The notes under the pieces: generated by a model
Database searches by the model: none
What the model was told of the DNA's origin: nothing
The model's input: the letters and a program-made list of their open reading frames with translations, nothing else
Source of the DNA: Thermodesulfobacteriota bacterium
GTDB taxonomy: Bacteria > Desulfobacterota_D > UBA1144 > Nemesobacterales > Nemesobacteraceae
NCBI GenBank assembly: GCA_963667625.1
Contig: OY763921.1
Coordinates: 1,436,679-1,500,678 of the forward strand
Direction of reading: 5' to 3'
DNA length: 64,000 bases
Part shown: positions 40,801 through 50,348 of the stretch, piece after piece
Layout: every line of letters begins with the position of its first letter
Position numbering within the stretch: position 1 is the first letter of the stretch
Position numbers and translations under genes: made by a program

Positions 40801-40983
40801 TTTTTCGCCGCGCGACTGAATGCGTAGAGCCACATGGCTTCGGGCGGAAGAATCAAAACCCTCACCCGCTTCCCTTAGATCCTCAAGCAGTTTGTTGTTT
40901 GATTCGTACCCGAACTGGCCGTTCAGCCAAGAAAGCAAAATTAATTGCTGTTCAAGCCGGGCGAGATTAGCGGGTTTAGTCAC
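37819..40983 (-). CDS. res: Type III restriction endonuclease subunit (Res)
   Basis: SF2 motifs YWMATGGGKT, VDEGHK, EYSATF and QLFGRG.RL, plus a C-terminal FYPDFILW...FVEPHG nuclease region. Downstream of mod. Confidence 0.88.
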   Translation of the reverse strand: MTKPANLARLEQQLILLSWLNGQFGYESNNKLLEDLREAGEGFDSSARSHVALRIQSRGEKLKVHPDDLLRYDLNIRQHVEAMNAHRKAPITLRYFQYLAALYTELFLDWRFHRPGQLINSLNDLVTKRNAARLRGEARYSPFTEDDLKKLAYWMATGGGKTLILHINYRQFLHYNDVPLDNILLITPNEGLSEQHMAEMTASNIPCRRFDSDYGGLSLGAGNLVRVIEITKLVERKRGGGQSVPVEAFEGNNLIFVDEGHKGSGGEAWRKVRDALATTGFTFEYSATFGQALSAARNRDLTEEYGKAIVFDYSYRYFYGDGYGKDFRVLNQAGEYTGDSVDTLMLGNLLSFYEQQRVFTDGGSTLRPYYIEKPLWVFVGGTVNAVYNKNGQPRSDVLTVAHFLHRVLGNRSGWAVRGIEKILRGETGLRTPYDEDVFADRFALLRETGQSAGIIYEDMLKTVFLSQSSGGLRLCFIRGGDGEIGLRASGANDYFGLIYIGDTSRFRKLVEDNDMGMTIEEDAFAGSLFDNVNTPDTKINILIGAKKFMEGWNSWRVSNMGLLNIGRREGSEIIQLFGRGIRLRGKGLSLKRSTALKGAHPENLPLLETLNIFAVRAEYMANFRDYLEREGVETEGAVELPIPIRINEEFFGKGLVVPRLKEGHRFEEREIMLESVSAVRARIDLAPKVQLLEGADGKVREGVAGSGQERPIPAESLDLVDWEKAYLDILDYKERKNLQNLVVPSGSLRDILEAKSMGSALCVLVANDETVRPQSFHDREALQAAAVGLLRNYIDNFYRVSREKYEMENLVYKKLDEQDPNLSFRSGENDKQGEYLVSVSRSREDMVTKIETLVKQTDLLYEKETSGLKRIHFDRHIYQPLLLEQLEEGVRVFPPGLNKGEREFVSDLKVFWTREKDAKLAGKEVFLLRNQGRGIGIGFFEESKFYPDFILWVKDETMQRIVFVEPHGMIHAPSYEHDQKARLHETLREISWEISKGYGGKRGVTLDSYIISVTPYETLSGSYGDRSWNRKNFEEHHIVFRNENCEHIDRIIGA

Positions 40984-41542
40984 TCCTTTCTCCGACGATT
41001 GCCTTCAGTTGTTCAATCAGTATCGGCAGGTCGTTCTCCACGATATCCCAGAGAATGTCGAAATCAATGCTGTCGTAGGCGTGCGCCAGCTTGATGCGCA
41101 CACCCGATATTTCCCGCCAAGGAATTTCTGGATGCTCGTCTCGAAACTCTTTGGGAATCCTGCTGCAGGAATCCCCGACGATTTCCACCAGACGTATAAC
41201 CGCTAGATTCAGCATCCGGTTCTCGTCTAAATCCGCTCGGGTACAGCCATGGGTCATTTCCACCGCCTCTTCAAGAACTTTCTGGCGAAAATACGGACTC
41301 AGGCACTGCACCGTGTTGAGGTCCACACGACGTCCCAGAATCTCCGACAGGTCGTCGGGAATCGATCCGAAAAATGCCAGCCCGGGGGTTCGTCCCGCCT
41401 TGAATTCCACCAGTACATCTATGTCACTTTCGGGCGGGACGTCGTCGCGCAACACAGAACCGAACAGAGACAGACGCTTGATACCGTTTTGCCTGCAGAA
41501 CTCCTCAATCTTTTCTTCCGGTATGTCAATCCGGGCGCTCAT
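40976..41542 (-). CDS. Fused MNT nucleotidyltransferase and HEPN (DUF86/HepT-like) protein
   Basis: N half has GSVLRDDVPPESDID (GS-x10-DxD) and LGRRVDL. C half has RLVEIVG, HPEIPW, RIKLAHAY and ILWDIV. Single reading frame. Confidence 0.88.
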   Translation of the reverse strand: MSARIDIPEEKIEEFCRQNGIKRLSLFGSVLRDDVPPESDIDVLVEFKAGRTPGLAFFGSIPDDLSEILGRRVDLNTVQCLSPYFRQKVLEEAVEMTHGCTRADLDENRMLNLAVIRLVEIVGDSCSRIPKEFRDEHPEIPWREISGVRIKLAHAYDSIDFDILWDIVENDLPILIEQLKAIVGERSD

Positions 41543-44500
41543 ACACCTACTCCTGCGAACATACGGGACTTGAACAGCGGCTCCAAGGCCTGAGCATCGG
41601 GAATAAGGGAGTCTCCATTGACAAACACCTCATCCGCTCCATCGGTAAGTTGCAGTCTAGCAACGAAGTCCCGGTCACGTGTGTAGTCCGCCTGCTCCCA
41701 TCCTCCGGTCTCTCGCCAGATCACCGTCACGCCGGATTCTTCACGGTTTTTACCACTGTAAACCAAGTAACGGCGCCCGCCATCACTGTAAACTCGCCGC
41801 ATCTGCACCCGCAATCCCAGCAGGTAATTGAATGTCTCGGGGATATCAGCTACAGTTTCGCGGGTTTCTCCGTCAGAGTGAGTGAACAATTTATAGCTGA
41901 ACGGAGAAGACATCTTTTCCACGTTCAGCAATGTTGCGCTTAGCTTCGTTTCCCATTGCAGCATATACTGGATCAAGTAATCGTCGAACTTGAGCGCGTG
42001 CTGTCCGGCGGCATTGTCAAACTCTATGTTATTCAATGTGTCTTCGTAGGATTCAAGGTGCTGATACTTGACGATTCGGGGACTGCGTTCGGCTTCTTCG
42101 CTGGTAGCCATACGCTTTGGTTTACCACTCTTCCATTCCGGCGAGAACATGGCCTTCTTGATGCGAGGAACCATGATCGTTGTAAAGTACTCATCCATCT
42201 CGACAAGGATGAACTTGATCCGCCATCCATTCTTGCGATTGAAGTTGATAACAGCGTGACCGGTAGTACCGGAGCCGGCAAAGTAATCAAGGATGGTATT
42301 GTTTGAGTTACAACCAATTCTAAGAATTTTCTCAATAAGCCCGGGTGCCTTTGGGAAGGTTACATCCATGGAGTTAAACATGGACCGAAGAATTTCTTTT
42401 CCATTTTCATTGTTAATCTCGTTATCGGTCCAAATAGTTTTCTCTTTTGTAGTTGGGAAGTCTTCGTTTCCAATACGATCTTTTCTGTATACCCGCCAAG
42501 CGCCGGTATTAGCTTGACGGGCAAATACTTCATCTTTTTGACGAACAAGTTTATTGCGCCCCCAAGTCCAGCAACCATCCTCTCCACGAGAATTTATAGG
42601 TAAAATCTCAACGCAAAATTCTTCTGTTTTATCAAGCGATATTGGTCCTCCATCTAATTTTGCGTAGATTGGATAGTATAAATTCGGACGATTTGCCCGG
42701 TTGAATACAGGATTCCTGTTCCGAAGTTCAAGTGCTCTATATCGTCCTTTATTATCGTGCTCGCTATATTCGGCAAGAGCTTTTCCAGTCTTGGGTATTT
42801 TGTTAATCGAGTCTTCGGAGTCAAATAAAGAGAAGGTCAAAATATATTCGTGATTTTTAGCAATAAATTTATCCAATGTCCGACCACGAGGGTTCAGACG
42901 AGCTGCGATGTTCGTAACATGCTGGCCGTTAACAAAAACGGAGTTGATCAGATTTGTTAATGTACCTACTTCATTATCATCAATAGATACAAACAGACAC
43001 CCATCTGATGAAAACAATCTCATGGATGCAACGAGTCGATCAGAAATCATGGACAACCAAGAACTGCGTTGATATCTGTCCTTATAGATGAATCCGTCGT
43101 TTCCAGTGTTATATGGTGGGTCAATATAAACACACTTGATTCTCTCTTGATAACGCGCTTCTAGTATATTCAAGGCCTGAAAGTTCTCGCTACACAGCAA
43201 CAAACCATCTGTCATACCATCCAGATCATCAAAACAGGCGAGGAGCCGGTCAGTAAAATCTTGATTAAAGTGCTTTGTATCGAGCACTAGCGTTGGATGG
43301 TTCTTTAGATAATCAATGCGTTTGCTTGTTTGATCTTTATCTAAGTTGAAGAGATTCGGTTCTTCTTCGTCAATTCCAAAGAGGTTTCGCCACTCTTCCC
43401 ACTGAGGCTCCCAAACAGCAATCTCCGAATGGAAGCTTTCGTCAATAATACCGACCCTGATGCAATAGTGCGTTTCTGTAACGAATTTGCGCTTTTCCCA
43501 AAGCATTTTCTGAAAGCTCTCAATCTGGTCAAGGAAACCGATTATTCGACTTGCGACGGACCTGATGACCCGCATCGTCTGAAACCAACCCTCTGCGTGA
43601 TTTTCTCCAGCAACTTCCATATCATACAGATTCAGCACCTCGTTTTTCAGGTAGAAATCAAGTTCCCGTGAAAGAAACCTCTTAAGGTCCTTATGAATGA
43701 AGAAATCGGACGCATTGCGTCTAGTGTAGTGGTGCAGGTGGTGTTCAAGGAAAGTAACAGTCTGTCCGCTTGAATCCACACGCCGTGCTCCTAGCAGCGC
43801 GGCAAGCGCATCCGGCGGAAGTTCGAGGCTTTCGGGAACCTCTTCCAAGGTTTCCTTGATGATCGCGTCCTGCTGTTGAGTTTTTCCGTAGCTGATACTT
43901 TCCTTACTTGTCAGCGGTCTGTACTCAAAAGCAATGACTATCTCCCGGTTCTTGTCGTTCCAAGCAGTTTCCTTGCTTCGAGGCAAGAAGAACCGTTTGT
44001 CACCCTTGACGTTGTTCTGCTCAACATCCGCCGCCTTTAATTTGAAATGTACGGTAACGCCGTTTGGCGCCTTGTACGAGTAGTCATGGAAGTGCTCAGC
44101 TGTCTTGATGTAGTACTGGTCACTGTTGGCCCAGTGCAAATAGACTTCTTCTCCGTTATAAGGGATAACGTAGCGCTGCCTTCGGGAGTAGCGTCTCTTG
44201 GAGATATAATCGCCATCTTCGTAGTAGCGGCTGAAAAAGCTGTACAAATGATTAAAGATGTTTGTCTCGAGGGCTTCCCCGCTGAGTCCTCGATTTATCC
44301 GGGCTTTAAGAACCAAATATTCCCTGCCTAGAGGTGTTTCTCGGAATCTTTCATCCAGATTGCCATCCGCGTCAACTGCTGCCCGCCCCAGGCCTTCCAG
44401 TAAGCGCGCATGCACATCTTTCAGTTTTTCGGCGGTCTGGGCACGATCAGCCAACCCCCCGCGTTGGAGTTCTTCTCTTATTGCTTGCGGCAGTTCATCA

Positions 44501-44652
44501 TTTATAAAACGTTCTATCGCGTCACGCTTGTAATTCATGATGCGATAGATTCCAAAGTCCAAGTCAACGCAGTCGAACTGGAACAACTCCCGCAAGAGGT
44601 CTTGGAATTTTTTCAGTGATTGATCGTTCGGTTTTTGTTTTACGGCTGACAT
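41539..44652 (-). CDS. mod: Type III modification methyltransferase (Mod, beta class)
   Basis: YIDPPYNTG catalytic motif precedes FPK and DYFAGSGTT (SAM binding). N-terminal DLDFGIYRI motif. Confidence 0.92.
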   Translation of the reverse strand: MSAVKQKPNDQSLKKFQDLLRELFQFDCVDLDFGIYRIMNYKRDAIERFINDELPQAIREELQRGGLADRAQTAEKLKDVHARLLEGLGRAAVDADGNLDERFRETPLGREYLVLKARINRGLSGEALETNIFNHLYSFFSRYYEDGDYISKRRYSRRQRYVIPYNGEEVYLHWANSDQYYIKTAEHFHDYSYKAPNGVTVHFKLKAADVEQNNVKGDKRFFLPRSKETAWNDKNREIVIAFEYRPLTSKESISYGKTQQQDAIIKETLEEVPESLELPPDALAALLGARRVDSSGQTVTFLEHHLHHYTRRNASDFFIHKDLKRFLSRELDFYLKNEVLNLYDMEVAGENHAEGWFQTMRVIRSVASRIIGFLDQIESFQKMLWEKRKFVTETHYCIRVGIIDESFHSEIAVWEPQWEEWRNLFGIDEEEPNLFNLDKDQTSKRIDYLKNHPTLVLDTKHFNQDFTDRLLACFDDLDGMTDGLLLCSENFQALNILEARYQERIKCVYIDPPYNTGNDGFIYKDRYQRSSWLSMISDRLVASMRLFSSDGCLFVSIDDNEVGTLTNLINSVFVNGQHVTNIAARLNPRGRTLDKFIAKNHEYILTFSLFDSEDSINKIPKTGKALAEYSEHDNKGRYRALELRNRNPVFNRANRPNLYYPIYAKLDGGPISLDKTEEFCVEILPINSRGEDGCWTWGRNKLVRQKDEVFARQANTGAWRVYRKDRIGNEDFPTTKEKTIWTDNEINNENGKEILRSMFNSMDVTFPKAPGLIEKILRIGCNSNNTILDYFAGSGTTGHAVINFNRKNGWRIKFILVEMDEYFTTIMVPRIKKAMFSPEWKSGKPKRMATSEEAERSPRIVKYQHLESYEDTLNNIEFDNAAGQHALKFDDYLIQYMLQWETKLSATLLNVEKMSSPFSYKLFTHSDGETRETVADIPETFNYLLGLRVQMRRVYSDGGRRYLVYSGKNREESGVTVIWRETGGWEQADYTRDRDFVARLQLTDGADEVFVNGDSLIPDAQALEPLFKSRMFAGVGV

Positions 44653-45009
44653 CCGGATTTTCTTTCCTGAGATACCAGAAAAAATGTGGCAACCTGCTCG
44701 GTAAGAATTTTCATCATAAGCATTTAACTAGCAGACTAGTTGCGACTTGTTGAGATCTTCAAGCGGTTTGGGACTCGGCATCCGAAGCTTTTCGCATCTT
44801 AAGCAGTGTTAATAATGAGTTCCGGGCTCCCGCAATATTTCGTGAGTAAACAAAGAAATTCTCTCGACCAACACTGAAAAACCCCAGAGGTACCGGAATG
44901 ATCTCAATTCCACTTCTTTGAGGTCTAATTATAACTAAGCATAGTCCTAGTGAAAAGATATATCGGACTAAGTGCCGGCAATATATCAGCAGGGAAAAAA
45001 TTGCTGCCG

Positions 45010-45690
45010 TCACTTTGGTGATCCCACTTCGCGCTCCGCTGCGGAGCGACGAAGATAGAAAGGAGTCAGGGTGAAGGGATCGCCCTTTTGTCCGGAGAGA
45101 ATCTTTTTTCTCCCCAGAAGCGCACAGCCAGACGCCCTCGGGGTGTTTAAATTCGCGGGCAGAAAAACGGCAGTCTCTCCCAGAGCATTCCGTATAAGAT
45201 TTGCGTGCAGCATGGCTCCGCTTCCCACAAAAACGGTCTTTTTTCTCACCTCACCACACACAGATTCCGGTGTGGCAATTTCCGCGGGGTTTACCTCTTC
45301 GCCTTTGGGATCATAAAATGAAAAGAAAACCTCCCCTCTGCCCGCATCGGTCATGACGCACACATCGTTTCCGCACCAAAGCGCGTTTGAGGCAAGAATC
45401 TCAAGTGAGGGAACTCCCGCAAGATCCGCTCCCAAAGAATAGCAAAGCGCCTTTGCGGTGGATACCCCTATGCGAAGAGAGGTAAAGGAACCCGGCCCCG
45501 TTGACACGCAAACCGCGTCCAGATCGTTTTTCCCGAGTCCGCAATCCGAAAGAAGCCGCTCGATCGTGGGAATAAGTACCTCGTTATGCCTTGGACCGGT
45601 GTTGAAAACATATTCGCAAAGAAGCGCGTCGTCATCGGATACTGACACGCTTCCCGAGAAAGTAGACGTTTCGATTCCCAGAATTTTCAT
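45010..45690 (-). CDS. tsaB: tRNA t6A biosynthesis protein TsaB
   Basis: ILGIETS, GPGSFTSLRIG and PFYLR motifs. Confidence 0.94.
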   Translation of the reverse strand: MKILGIETSTFSGSVSVSDDDALLCEYVFNTGPRHNEVLIPTIERLLSDCGLGKNDLDAVCVSTGPGSFTSLRIGVSTAKALCYSLGADLAGVPSLEILASNALWCGNDVCVMTDAGRGEVFFSFYDPKGEEVNPAEIATPESVCGEVRKKTVFVGSGAMLHANLIRNALGETAVFLPANLNTPRASGCALLGRKKILSGQKGDPFTLTPFYLRRSAAEREVGSPK

Positions 45691-45792
45691 GTGTATCTTT
45701 TAAATATGGCAAAAATGGACATTCAGGAGTGAGAGTTATGGGCTCAGATTTAGTGGATTCGGCACACCGGAAACTTTTTTCGGGGTTTTCCC

Positions 45793-46812
45793 TTACTCCG
45801 CTTCCTCAGAGGAATCCATCCCCGAGGCTTTTATGATCCCATCTCTTATTTTTTCGCGAATTTCCGGATTTTCGTGCAGAAACTTCTTGGAGTTCTCCCT
45901 TCCCTGCCCCATTCTCTCCCCGTCATAGGAATACCAGGTCCCGCTTTTCTTTACCACATTGAATTTAGTTCCCAGGTCCACAAGCTCCCCGAGTTTTGAT
46001 ATTCCCCTTCCAAAAATCACCTCGAATTCCGCTTCCCTAAAAGGCGGGGCGACTTTGTTCTTGACAAGCTTCGCCCTGACTCTGTTGCCAATTATACGGT
46101 CGCCGTCCTTAAGAGATCCAATGCGCCTTATGTCAACTCTCACCGATGAATAGAACCGAAGAGCGTTACCGCCAGTGGTGGTTTCGGGGTTCATATACGC
46201 CGGAACCCCGATTTTCATGCGAAGCTGGTTAACGAAAATCACTATGGTCTTTGAGCGGCTGACGTTAGCCGTTATCTTGCGAAGGGCCTGCGACATCAGT
46301 CTCGCCTGAAGACCCACGTGAGTGTCTCCCATCTCCCCCTCGATTTCGGCGCGGGGGGTAAGGGCCGCCACAGAGTCAAGCACTATGAGGTCAACCGCAT
46401 TGCTTCTTATGAGCGTATCGATAATTTCAAGGGCCTGTTCTCCGAAATCGGGCTGCGAAATAAGAAGATCTTCTACTTTGATGCCAAGCGCCGCCGCGTA
46501 GCTTGTCGAAAGAGCGTGCTCGGCGTCTACAAAAGCGGTTATTCCTCCAGCCTTCTGGGCTTCCGCGATTGCGTGGAGCGCTATGGTGGTCTTACCAGAG
46601 GCCTCCGGACCGTAAACCTCGACGATCCTTCCCCTGGGAAACCCCCCGACTCCAAGAGCTATATCAAGTCCAAGGGAACCCGAGGTAATAACCGGAATGT
46701 CCGCGAGGGAAGCGTCCTCCCCCAGTCTCATTATGGAACCCTTTCCAAACTGCTTCTCTATGGTGCTGATGGCTACGTCTATATTCTTGTTCTTCTCGTC
46801 AAGATCGCTCAT
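45793..46812 (-). CDS. recA: Recombinase A
   Basis: [26 protein letters not shown] and VKNKVAPPF motifs. Confidence 0.98.
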   Translation of the reverse strand: MSDLDEKNKNIDVAISTIEKQFGKGSIMRLGEDASLADIPVITSGSLGLDIALGVGGFPRGRIVEVYGPEASGKTTIALHAIAEAQKAGGITAFVDAEHALSTSYAAALGIKVEDLLISQPDFGEQALEIIDTLIRSNAVDLIVLDSVAALTPRAEIEGEMGDTHVGLQARLMSQALRKITANVSRSKTIVIFVNQLRMKIGVPAYMNPETTTGGNALRFYSSVRVDIRRIGSLKDGDRIIGNRVRAKLVKNKVAPPFREAEFEVIFGRGISKLGELVDLGTKFNVVKKSGTWYSYDGERMGQGRENSKKFLHENPEIREKIRDGIIKASGMDSSEEAE

Positions 46813-46854
46813 TCCGTTCTAATCTCCGTTTCGGTTTTTAGGGTTCTGAAACTA

Positions 46855-48099
46855 CTATCCTACATAATCAAGGCAGAACTTCCTAACCATATCAATAGCG
46901 GTGGAAGCGGCAAAGTTTTTTATCTCATCCCTCGTTCCAGTAAAATTCCGTTTCTCGCAGAAAGTGCCCGAGGAAACATGACTGAATCCGAACCACACGG
47001 TGCCCACGGGCTTCTCCGCGGTCCCGCCTCCCGGACCCGCGATCCCGGATATGGAAATCCCTATATCGGTTCCGAAAAGCTCTCTCACCCCACGGGCCAT
47101 TTCGAAAACCACCTCTTCGCTTACTGCGCCGAACCGCGTAAGAGTATCTGTGCTTACCCCCAGAAGTTTTTCCTTGGAATCGTTACTGTAAACCACCGCT
47201 CCGCCCAGAAAATAAGCCGAACTTCCCGCAATGTCCGTAAACCGGCTCGAGCAAAGCCCTCCCGTGCAGGACTCCGCAGCAGAAAGGGTCAGGTCTTTTT
47301 CAAGCAACAAAGATGCCGTTGCCTCTTCAAGAGGTTCGTCCTTCTGCGAAAAGAGAAAATCCCCAAGCCTTTCTTTCGCCTGCGCACACGCATCGCGCAA
47401 CAACGAATCAAGCACCTCGCCGTCATGTCCCGAGGCCGTGAGGCGAAGGTGAATCTCGGGCAGACGGATCCTGTATCCGACATCCACCCCTTCGGGTGAG
47501 AAGCCTCCCAGTTTTTCCGCCACCTCGGATTCGCCCAGCCCGAAGGTTCTGAGCACTCTAACGCGCAGGATATTCCCTTTTTCCGCAACGCCGCTTATAT
47601 CCGGGAAGACATGTTCTGAGAACATACGCTTGAATTCCCTTGGGACACCGGGAAGAAAGTAGAATTTCGAGTTGCCGGAAACAAAACTGAAGCCGGCAGC
47701 CATGCCAACGGGATTTTTAATAACCGCCGTTTTTTCAGGAAACATGGCCTGTTTTTCATGATGGATGTTGGGTTCTCTTCCCCTCTCCCTTAGCTTTAGG
47801 GTGATGTCTTCATATACCGTCGGATTGAAAACAAGGGGAGTTCCCAGGAATTTCGAGGCTGCAAGCGCGCTTAGATCGTCACTGGTCGGACCGAGCCCTC
47901 CAGTGACTATGACAAATCTGGCCCTTTTTGATGCCGCGGCAAAAGAAGCGAGAAGGTCCTCAAGATCATCGGCAACCGCGCAGTGGTGCTTAACCTCAAT
48001 ACCGGATGAGGACAGTTCCGCGGCTACCCAGCTGAAGTTGGTATCCCGGGTAAGACCGCTCATTATCTCATTTCCGGTCGTGATTATCTCGACGCACAT
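46855..48099 (-). CDS. cinA: CinA (MoeA-like N-terminus plus NMN deamidase PncC domain)
   Basis: GGLGPTSDD, LPGVPRE, AESCTGG and SGIAGPGG motifs, upstream of recA. Start placed at MCVEII. Confidence 0.93.
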   Translation of the reverse strand: MCVEIITTGNEIMSGLTRDTNFSWVAAELSSSGIEVKHHCAVADDLEDLLASFAAASKRARFVIVTGGLGPTSDDLSALAASKFLGTPLVFNPTVYEDITLKLRERGREPNIHHEKQAMFPEKTAVIKNPVGMAAGFSFVSGNSKFYFLPGVPREFKRMFSEHVFPDISGVAEKGNILRVRVLRTFGLGESEVAEKLGGFSPEGVDVGYRIRLPEIHLRLTASGHDGEVLDSLLRDACAQAKERLGDFLFSQKDEPLEEATASLLLEKDLTLSAAESCTGGLCSSRFTDIAGSSAYFLGGAVVYSNDSKEKLLGVSTDTLTRFGAVSEEVVFEMARGVRELFGTDIGISISGIAGPGGGTAEKPVGTVWFGFSHVSSGTFCEKRNFTGTRDEIKNFAASTAIDMVRKFCLDYVG

Positions 48100-48110
48100 T
48101 GCGGGTAATT

Positions 48111-48566
48111 TTAACTGGAAAGAAAGATAATCGCCTGAAGACACAGGTTGCTGTACACCCCGGCCAAAACGTCATCCATCACGATACCGTAGCCCCCGGG
48201 AAGCTTCTCAACTCTTCTTATGGGAAACGGCTTTGCTATATCGAAAAACCTGAAAAGAAAAAAGCCGATCGCCAAGTTAAGAGGGTTCGGAGTTATGAAA
48301 AGCATGCACACCAAAAATCCGCATACCTCATCAATCACGACCTCAGGGGGGTCTTCTCTTTTAAAAATCGACGCGCAACGGCTCGCGGCTATAAAAGAGA
48401 CAAGAATCAGTCCCAACGTAAATGCTGAATAAAAAAGCGCGCCGCCTGTGAGGCTGAGCAGGTATACAACCCCGACCGCCCCAAGAGTCCCGGCGGTTCC
48501 GGGGGCCCCTGGGGCAAACCCCAGCCCGAAAAAAGTCGAGAAAACAACGCATATCCTGTTTATCAA
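48111..48566 (-). CDS. pgpA: Phosphatidylglycerophosphatase A
   Basis: APGTAGT, DPPEVVIDEV, FRFFDIAKP and MDDVLAG motifs. Confidence 0.94.
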   Translation of the reverse strand: MINRICVVFSTFFGLGFAPGAPGTAGTLGAVGVVYLLSLTGGALFYSAFTLGLILVSFIAASRCASIFKREDPPEVVIDEVCGFLVCMLFITPNPLNLAIGFFLFRFFDIAKPFPIRRVEKLPGGYGIVMDDVLAGVYSNLCLQAIIFLSS

Positions 48567-48662
48567 CGTTAACTCTCCGGGAACTCCGCCCGCGGGGGCA
48601 GATATTCAGCAAGACTCATTTGACTGATAACATCAGCAAGTTTATCATTCTTTAATCACCAA

Positions 48663-49451
48663 ATGTCAAAAGTAATATGCGTGGTAAATCAGAAAGGGGG
48701 AGTCGGTAAAACCACGACCGCGGTCAACCTTTCGGCCTCTCTGGCGGTGGCAAATCGCCGCACGCTTCTCATAGATCTTGACTCTCAGGGAAACGCGACT
48801 GGGGGGCTCGGCATTGATAAGGAATCAGTTAATTCGAAAAATATCTGCAGCGTCATACTGGGAGAAGTAAAGCTCGCGGACACTGTAATTGACGTCTATC
48901 CGGAGCTTCTAAACGGTTACCTGCACCTATGTCCGGCGAACCACGAACTCACCGGGGCCGAGATACACCTTATAGAAACGGAGAGCAGGGAATACCGTCT
49001 TAAAAAGGTTATCGACGAGATAAGGGCCGAGTACGATTACATATTCATAGACGCTCCCCCGTCTCTCAGCCTGCTCACCATAAACGCGCTTGCCGCAGCC
49101 GACCGGGTGCTCATACCCGTTCAGTGCGAATACTACGCTCTTGAAGGGATAGGCCAGCTGCAGACAACCATATCCCTAGCGAAGCAGAGACTCAATCCTT
49201 CGCTTGAGGTGGAGGGTTATCTTTTGACGATGTTCGATTCCCGTAATAACATATGTCATTCAGTGGCCGAGGACGTAAGGAACCACTTCGGCGAAAAAAC
49301 CTTCGACACCGTAATAAGCAGAAACGTGAAGCTCGCCGAAGCGCCAAGCCACGGAAAACCGCTTTTACTTTACGAAATTAAATCGAGCGGAGCGCAGAAC
49401 TACATGAAACTCGCAAATGAGATAATAAGCAGAGCGGCGGAGGTTAACTGA
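48663..49451 (+). CDS. parA: Chromosome partitioning ATPase ParA/Soj
   Basis: NQKGGVGKTT, DLDSQGN, PVQCEYYALEG and EAPSHG motifs. Confidence 0.95.
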   Translation: MSKVICVVNQKGGVGKTTTAVNLSASLAVANRRTLLIDLDSQGNATGGLGIDKESVNSKNICSVILGEVKLADTVIDVYPELLNGYLHLCPANHELTGAEIHLIETESREYRLKKVIDEIRAEYDYIFIDAPPSLSLLTINALAAADRVLIPVQCEYYALEGIGQLQTTISLAKQRLNPSLEVEGYLLTMFDSRNNICHSVAEDVRNHFGEKTFDTVISRNVKLAEAPSHGKPLLLYEIKSSGAQNYMKLANEIISRAAEVN

Positions 49452-49452
49452 T

Positions 49453-50310
49453 GTGAAAAAACGAAGCCTGGGAAGAGGGCTCGACTCCCTCATTCCGAAG
49501 AATCTGGAAACGGAATCTACCGGGTACCAAATGGTGAATACGAATCTGCTTAAGCCTAATCCCTCGCAGCCGAGAAAGCAGTTTGAACAGGGAGCACTTG
49601 AGGAACTCGCGGAGTCCATAAGGGAGAATGGAGTTATCCAGCCTCTTATCGTCCGTAAAGAAAACGACGGCTTCGAGATAGTGGCCGGGGAACGCAGGTG
49701 GAGAGCGGCGAAAATAGCCAAGCTCGAGGAACTGCCCGTAGTGATAAGAGCCGCTACCGACCAGGACGTGGCGGAACTCACGTTAATAGAGAACATACAA
49801 AGAGAGGACTTAAATCCCATTGAAGAGGCCGAGGCCTATGAAAAGCTCTCGGAGCGCTTCGGGCTTACCCACGACGATATAGCCAGGAAAACGGGAAAAA
49901 ACCGCTCGGTCATCACAAACCAGTTGAGGCTTCTCAAGCTTTCCGATAAGGCGAAAGAAGAGCTTGTTTCGGGCGCGATAACCGCAGGGCACGCAAGAGC
50001 GCTTCTTGGCGCTTCCTCCCTTGAGGAGATGGATTTCCTTCTCGGCGAAGTGCTGAAAAAGGATCTCACGGTAAGAAGAACCGAAGCGCTTGTAAAAAAG
50101 AAAAGCGGAGATGCCGGACCGTCCGCTGAGCCAGTCTCAGAGGAGCCGGAAGAAGATATATTCACCAGAGAACTTACCGAAGAACTTGCCGGGAAATTCT
50201 CAACCAAAGTAAGAATAAGCCGCAACAAGACAAAAGGAAAAATAGAAATAGAGTACTATTCTCCCGAGGAGCTTGAGAGGATTATTGGCATACTGCTCTC
50301 GCGCGGGTAA
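49453..50310 (+). CDS. parB: Chromosome partitioning protein ParB
   Basis: LGRGLDSL, PSQPRK, AGERRWRA and ENIQREDL motifs. Confidence 0.95.
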   Translation: MKKRSLGRGLDSLIPKNLETESTGYQMVNTNLLKPNPSQPRKQFEQGALEELAESIRENGVIQPLIVRKENDGFEIVAGERRWRAAKIAKLEELPVVIRAATDQDVAELTLIENIQREDLNPIEEAEAYEKLSERFGLTHDDIARKTGKNRSVITNQLRLLKLSDKAKEELVSGAITAGHARALLGASSLEEMDFLLGEVLKKDLTVRRTEALVKKKSGDAGPSAEPVSEEPEEDIFTRELTEELAGKFSTKVRISRNKTKGKIEIEYYSPEELERIIGILLSRG

Positions 50311-50348
50311 TATCCCGCGGAATTCACGCCGGAGCAAGGAAACAAGAG

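Noticed and set aside
41539-44700. Phase-variable simple sequence repeat in mod
   Set aside because: No long homopolymer or short tandem tract was seen in the gene or its upstream region.
44759-45013. 84-aa ORF between tsaB and mod as a possible controller protein
   Set aside because: It has no HTH-like pattern or convincing C-box, and is more likely the mod promoter region.
46318-47499. 393-aa plus-strand ORF
   Set aside because: It is antisense to recA and cinA and has no recognisable motif.
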